64,000 bases of DNA from contig JBNJNM010000015.1 in assembly GCA_052426225.1 (NCBI GenBank), positions 1,302,001 through 1,366,000 on the forward strand, read 5' to 3'. This DNA comes from Zancudomyces culisetae HAW-14-8. Taxonomy: Eukaryota > Fungi > Kickxellomycota. Below are positions 58,360 through 64,000 of this stretch, piece after piece (position 1 is the stretch's first letter; each line of letters starts with the position of its first letter). The translations under genes were made by a program, and so were the position numbers. The notes beneath the pieces were generated by a model, which did not search any database, was not told the origin of the DNA, and saw nothing but the letters and a program-made list of their open reading frames with translations.

Positions 58360-59272
58360 CAGCAGGGAAAAATACCATTTGTGCGTCTTTTAGAAATTTG
58401 TAAGACTCATCCTTCAGTGGTTTTGTGTTCTTTTGATCCAGCTTTTTAGCAGAAGGTGAATTGGGATTATCAGAGGAGACAAGGGGAAACTGGCTACTAT
58501 TTGTACCTATGTTTGTGGATGAAGATGAGATTTGATTTTGAACCTCATATAGTTGTGTCTGAGCGGGTCTTGAATCAAATCTCATTCTGAACTGATGCAG
58601 GACTCGATTGCACTGCGCTTGAAATCTACAAAAATAGTATAGTTCTACTTTTTATCATATCCCACTGACCGAAATTTTTAAGTATTTACTTGTGTTATCC
58701 GAATACCAAACTTACTTTACTGACTGAACAAATTTTCTATTATTTACCGTGGAATGAGTCGAATAAATACATATAATACACAAAATCCCAAACAACAGTG
58801 AAAGGCGTGTTTTCTATAGTTTGTTAATTTTATAGTTTCAATCTACTTTAATATGTATCCTATTACTTGAATTCTTCTCAGTTATTCTAAGATTTTACCT
58901 CCATGAAAGCTCGATAAGCCGAATAAATTATCATTAGGACCAGGAAAATTACTTGAACTAAAATCCATACACATGTTATTACAGCTGCGTCATTTATTTT
59001 TGCAGATTGTTGTTAATCTAAGATTCATTTCACTTACACAGGTATCGTCGTTTCTTTTTCTTTAGTTTTCTATGATTCTGTTTCAAGCGTTCTTCAAAAA
59101 TCAGCCAGTCCCGGTAGACATGAGGGTCGATTCTAGATCCTGTTCGGGCACTTGATAGCACAGTCAAACCATGCGTAGCTTCCATTCCGCCTGCCTTTTC
59201 TGTATCATGCGGAGAATGCCCTATCCCTTTTACTTGTTGTGTTGTTACGCTTTTATTTCCTATATGTTCCAT
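57989..59272 (-). CDS. SPO7: Spo7-like regulatory subunit of the Nem1-Spo7 phosphatase; exons 59272-59038, 58957-58899, 58813-58716, 58625-57989
   Basis: YRDWLIFEERLKQNHRKLKKKKRRY, then two hydrophobic segments and KFQAQCNRVLHQFRM; in-frame splicing. Confidence 0.7.
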
Positions 59273-60420
59273 TTATTTGTTATTTGTAGGGTTAAGAGAA
59301 CCTAATTTTCTTATTAGAAAGAGTAATTAAATGGTAAACCTAAAACTTATGTCCAAAAGCTTAACACCACTCGTTTACGTTAGTATCATTTTTTCTCCCC
59401 CTATCATCGTTGTTGTACAATGAGTTTAGAGTTTAGCGGGAATCCTGGCAAAATTGCGGGTCGCCTTTGTAATTTCTCAAGTAAATTACTGCTTTACCTC
59501 GATGAGTTTTATGTAATTTCCGTGTCCACCCTTTTCAGGTTCAAGTAAAGAAAAATTAGATAAACCCCTGCTATAAATAAACCACCAGTATTGACATTTT
59601 TGGTGGGGCGGGTTCAAACAAGTAAAGAATGTGCTGGGCGCAAATAAAAAAATAGGCACGTGTCTACCTAAAAATGATCATAAAGTGTGGTATGAATCTA
59701 TGAGGAAAGAGAAACTTGCTATCCAAAGATTTTGTATGGTTTTACATTGAACTGTGCGGGATAAAAAGACAGAGAACAATGAGACTTACAACACTAGAAT
59801 ATCAATGTTATATTACAGGAGTATATTTGAATATAAAAATCAAAAGTATAGTAAGGTTGAAGCCATTACCATCTTGTTTTTTGGTATACCTGGGCTTTCC
59901 TTTAAAAAAAGGGGTTCTATTATTTGTACCTAGCTTCCAATATGCGACTAAAAGACATTTCTTTCGAAAAATATTGGTAGTGCTTGCTTGCAAAGCATGC
60001 GATGCTACTAAATGGTGCATCCCAAAATCTTTTTGATTTGACCTATTTGCTAATTACCCAATAAAGTCCAAAGAAAATAAAATGTCGAAAAAATTGCACC
60101 CACCTTCCCCAATAAACTGCGTTTTAAAAGGAGAAATATTCATCAAAATTTTAATATATATTTTTTGAAGTATTGAGCTCTAAACACTAGCAAGAAAAAA
60201 AAAAGCATACTCGACAAGCCTTATTTTATTCGAAACACTAAAAGAAAAGCAAAACATCCCAAAATTCAAATTAATTGTATAAAGATCAGCAACAGTAACT
60301 TTTGCTATCAAACAGGATGGGTAAACTAATTTTTATTTTCGAATACATGATCCATAAATTGTAAACAAATCACAAAAATTAGAGCAAAAAAGTAAAAAGC
60401 TTTTCATTTTAACAAATATA

Positions 60421-63400
60421 ATGTTCGAAATAGATCCGGATCTGTGGTTGAGGGGAATAGGTAGATTGGATCTTTTCCACCAATCCAACGATGCAAATGG
60501 CGATGGGCTTGAGAAGGATAGCCAAAGCGTAGGTGTAGGATGCAAGAGAAAAATACAGCTTGTCTCTTCCATAATGATTTTGGCTGTGGGTAAGGAGCTC
60601 CGAGTGGCGGATTTAAAGGCCTTGAAGCTGGCTTCTCTAACAGAAGATAAAGGAATTCAACCTCTCGAGATGGTGGAGAGACGCGGCGATATGGACTTTG
60701 AGCTAGACAATGTCGTTTCTAGGATGAACAGGATCGGATACATTGTAAGTATAACGGTTTTTTTACTACATTTTTTTTTCGGTATGTAATTACCATCATA
60801 AAGTAAAATCACAAACATATGTAAATGGAGGGCTTTCTATAGTGATTACTTTTGGATCTCTTTTATCTAAATAATGTAATTTATTACCTGTTTGTAGAGA
60901 ATAAAGTCTGAAAAACTAGATTCGGATATCAAACAAATTACAATTAATCAAAGTGGAAGTATGCTGGGGTTGATTACCTACAGTGGACATGTATATGCGA
61001 TTCCACTCCGAATCCACAGATGGGAAAAGAAGTTAGGCGAGCTATGTGGTGGAATAATTGAAAATAGCAAGATAAATAGACAGGCTGATGATGAAAAAAG
61101 ACACGTATTGACACTTGAGGTTAATGCGATAAGGGTGGGTGGTGATATCGGCAAAAATAACTCAGCAATAGAAATTAAATGGCATCCATTGAGTTCAACA
61201 GATAGACATTTGGTTGTCCTCTGTGCAGATTCCAGCCTAAGAATGTACGATATAAACGCAAATCCAACAGAGCCCGAACAAGTGGTGGCTAGAGAAAAGC
61301 GCAAAAGAGGTACATACGGCCAGCTATCAATGGATATGGGATCATTTGTGTCGTTTTCCATTGGAAACCTACGGCAGGGTCTTTGGGAACGCGTTACTTG
61401 CTTTGTATTGGAAGACAGCGGAAACATATTTGCGGTGACTCCGTTTGTACCAAAAAGTTTTTTAGTGGAAAGAAGCTGGGCGGACAGATTGTTTGAGATG
61501 GCATCGATGGATGTAATGGAACTACAAGCTCAAGAGTTTGTGAATTCAGGACAACTGGTTATTCCACCGAAACTACAGGACTGCAGACGTGGCCTAGAAT
61601 GGATTAGAGGGGTTGTACAGACACTAAATCAGACAGAAACCGATGTGCACGGCAGTATTTGGGCAAAGACTGATGTACCTACTGAAGGAAATGGCCTACT
61701 TTCTGTAGATCTTCCGGATACTTTTTTAGGCGATCTTAGGTTCCAGGGACCATTTTCAGTACAACCAAGCCCACCAGAGATATCAGATGCTGATGTTGAC
61801 TATGGCCTATGCGAATTTAGTGATGATGCAACTGACATACTGGTTTTGCAGACACAACCAGTAAGTGTGATAGCAGTGGGGTATTGCGGAGGGCGGGTTA
61901 ACTTGTTTGCGGTTGTAGAGCTAATCGAACCTAGTTGGATCCTTGAACGACCAGATTTGGCTGTTGGTTGTGTAAGAAAAGAACCAACGCTGTTGACACT
62001 GCAAGCAATAGAAACTCAAGCTCAAGTCTTCGGACCCACGTGTTTTTCTGGCTGTGTCCTATCCAGACAGTGTTTCTACTCATCTACCTCAACTGGAGTC
62101 TACAGGATAGATGTTAGCAGATGGATTGGTGAGATTGAAAATGTATTTTCCGGAAAAAAGAACACTATTCGTACAACTAATTATTCTTCAGACAATTCGG
62201 ATCTTGGTAAATTGGTTCAGAATCTGGAGCTAAAGGAAACTATAACATCACAAAATGTTATCTCAGCTTCGGTCAGGTGTATTGCTAGTATCGAGTCTGA
62301 GGATAATAATAACAACCAAATAATTTCAGGATTAGCACAAGTTGAAGATGCCTATATATCCTACTCTCTTATTGTTCTTTTGGATTCAACTACAAACATC
62401 AAGGGACTGGGCGTTCCTTTACTTCTCCCAAGTGAAGAGAAACGCCTGGCCGAATCTGATCCCGAAATCATCAATATGTTTAAAAAGCTGAACCCGCAAT
62501 CACAATCACCCGACACTCCTCGTCTTTATGATTCGCTACTCACAGAGTCGAGCATAATTAGTGCTAATTCCACACGGAGTTCATTGTACTCAGCTATAGA
62601 TTCAGCTATTGGTTTTCTCAATTCCTCACAACCAAGTGTTGCGCTTATAGCCCGTCCTGGCGTTGATGGAAATAAGCTAAAGACTCTTGGAGCTTTTGTT
62701 GCCCAGACCAGGTATCATATGGACCGTGTTTTAAAGTCAAACCTTGAATTGCGCGTCAGGTAAGTGTTGAATGTGTACTTTTTCTTGTCTTTTCTTTTTC
62801 AATACAACTCTTGATGTTCATATATACATACTTATTGATTATTATATTCACTTTTTAGATTTGAGGCCTTGGCTGCTGAGTTTAAGTTACAGAAAACGGT
62901 AATCTCGCGGCTTTCAAACGCACTGGAAGCCACCCCACCCTCAAAAATTGAACACTATTTATCAAGAATCAATAAATTAAAAACAAACCAGCTTATCTTG
63001 CTGAGAAGATTGGAGAAATTGTTGCTTCTTGTATCCTACTCACGGGCAAATTCATACACTCAAACCGAAATCGATTCAATTAAAAAGCTTGACGCCTTGA
63101 ACGCCCTGGTATGTGGTGACTCTGACTCTAACAACACTGTTCTGTCCTCACGCGATTCTGGTCTTTCCAACAGGGCCCAGTTTCTTAAGCATTTCTTGCT
63201 TGAGTCTGATACTACCCAGGCTTCATCTTCTGCCAGAAATGCATCTGAAGATGTATCGAACACACGCGCCACAGCACCTGTCATCACTAGTAGATCATTT
63301 TACAGAGCCCCAAGTCTGCCAACATCCTCACTTGAAAACGCGGATATGGCATCCAATGCGGATAGCCAATGTGCTTCCGTTGTGGATGGAGGTGAAGACA

Positions 63401-63516
63401 GCGCGCCCAAAGGCAGAGATTCCCTAAACGTTAGTCAGACTTTACTGTACCATGACTATGATATCAAGGCGATGAGAAACACTATCGTGGAATTAGCTGA
63501 TTTGATTACGAACTAG
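60421..63516 (+). CDS. NUP82: Nucleoporin Nup82/Nup88-like; exons 60421-60744, 60898-62759, 62859-63516
   Basis: INQSGSML, IKWHPLSSTDRHLVVLCADSSLRMYDI and GNIFAVTPFVP beta-propeller motifs; C-terminal coiled coil. Confidence 0.75.
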
Positions 63517-63756
63517 CCTTTTTTTTTCTGAAAGAACAATTTATTTTAACTGTTAATATATATATTTTTTAGTATCTTCATTACTCTGCGTTTTTTCTTT
63601 ATTAGTTTATAGTAGAGTGTCAATGGCTATTTACCCACTGTGATTAAAAATAAAAAATAGTTTAAATGGCTTAAACTAGCTTTAATGTTGTATCCCAGTC
63701 TTGCTCCACTATAAATACACTGGGTGTACATTGACATGTGAAATGAGAACACGGGA

Positions 63757-64000
63757 CTAGCACTTTTTGGGGATTTCAAAGCTGGGCGTGTTGTAACCAA
63801 CTTCACTCCATTCGTGGTACGTGCTGTTGTAGTATGCCTTTGCATTATTTATTATATATTGGGCTGTTGGGCGATCTGGAGGATCACACGAGAGTCTGAT
63901 TCTGTCCGGATGTTGATACAGCCTTACATAGTCAATGTAGAACGATGCAGGAAACGTCAACTTGTCAAACTCCACGGTTGCAAAGTTGGAAGACATTCCC
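63757..64000 (-). CDS. 3' end of a KRE6/SKN1-family (GH16-like) beta-1,6-glucan synthesis protein; 5' part lies outside the window
   Basis: GMSSNF...LTFPASFYIDYVRLYQ...SCDPPDRPTAQYI...AYYN is the family C-terminal pattern. Confidence 0.85.
   Translation of the reverse strand, partial: GMSSNFATVEFDKLTFPASFYIDYVRLYQHPDRIRLSCDPPDRPTAQYIINNAKAYYNSTYHEWSEVGYNTPSFEIPKKC

Noticed and set aside
6627-59272. Apparent membrane/lipid gene cluster (DRS2, RVS167, LCB3, SPO7)
   Set aside because: Widely spaced housekeeping genes with no evidence of shared regulation.
42-59443. Recurrent GCGGGAA / TTAGCGGAA (E2F-like) motif at about 42, 4905, 11100, 25892 and 59437
   Set aside because: The count is close to a rough chance expectation for a 7-mer in 64 kb; it would need a genome-wide enrichment test.
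1-64000. Selenoprotein (in-frame TGA plus SECIS) or tRNA-Sec, sought because some gut fungi use selenocysteine
   Set aside because: No gene model needs an in-frame TGA, no TGA sits in a redox motif, and no convincing SECIS or tRNA fold was seen by eye.

Overview
AT-rich eukaryotic (fungal) genomic DNA with short GT-AG introns. Gene content and style suggest an early-diverging fungus, plausibly an arthropod-gut Kickxellomycotina/Harpellales species; this is an inference that no database search has confirmed. Housekeeping genes: PMR1, DRS2, RPL17, KAP123-like importin, a bZIP factor, a GNAT, RVS167-like BAR-SH3, LCB3-like phosphatase, 10-exon mitochondrial L1, PRP9/SF3A3, SPO7-like, NUP82-like and the 3' end of KRE6/SKN1. 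Among them is a secreted chitin-active set of two GH19 chitinases and four AA11-like His-brace LPMO genes. Most notable observations: (i) one GH19 precursor has a dibasic-site-rich pro-region with two similar amphipathic, cationic Trp-containing peptides; (ii) three LPMO paralogues have near-identical, mosaic catalytic domains, with two unrelated tail types that both carry CxCxC; (iii) a 3.16-kb direct duplication has one end exactly on the LPMO stop codon and the other cutting SPO7; (iv) a kinesin-3-like protein has degenerate P-loop and switch I/II motifs; (v) long genes are G-rich at the 5' end and C-rich at the 3' end. No tRNA, rRNA, CRISPR array or intact mobile element was found.
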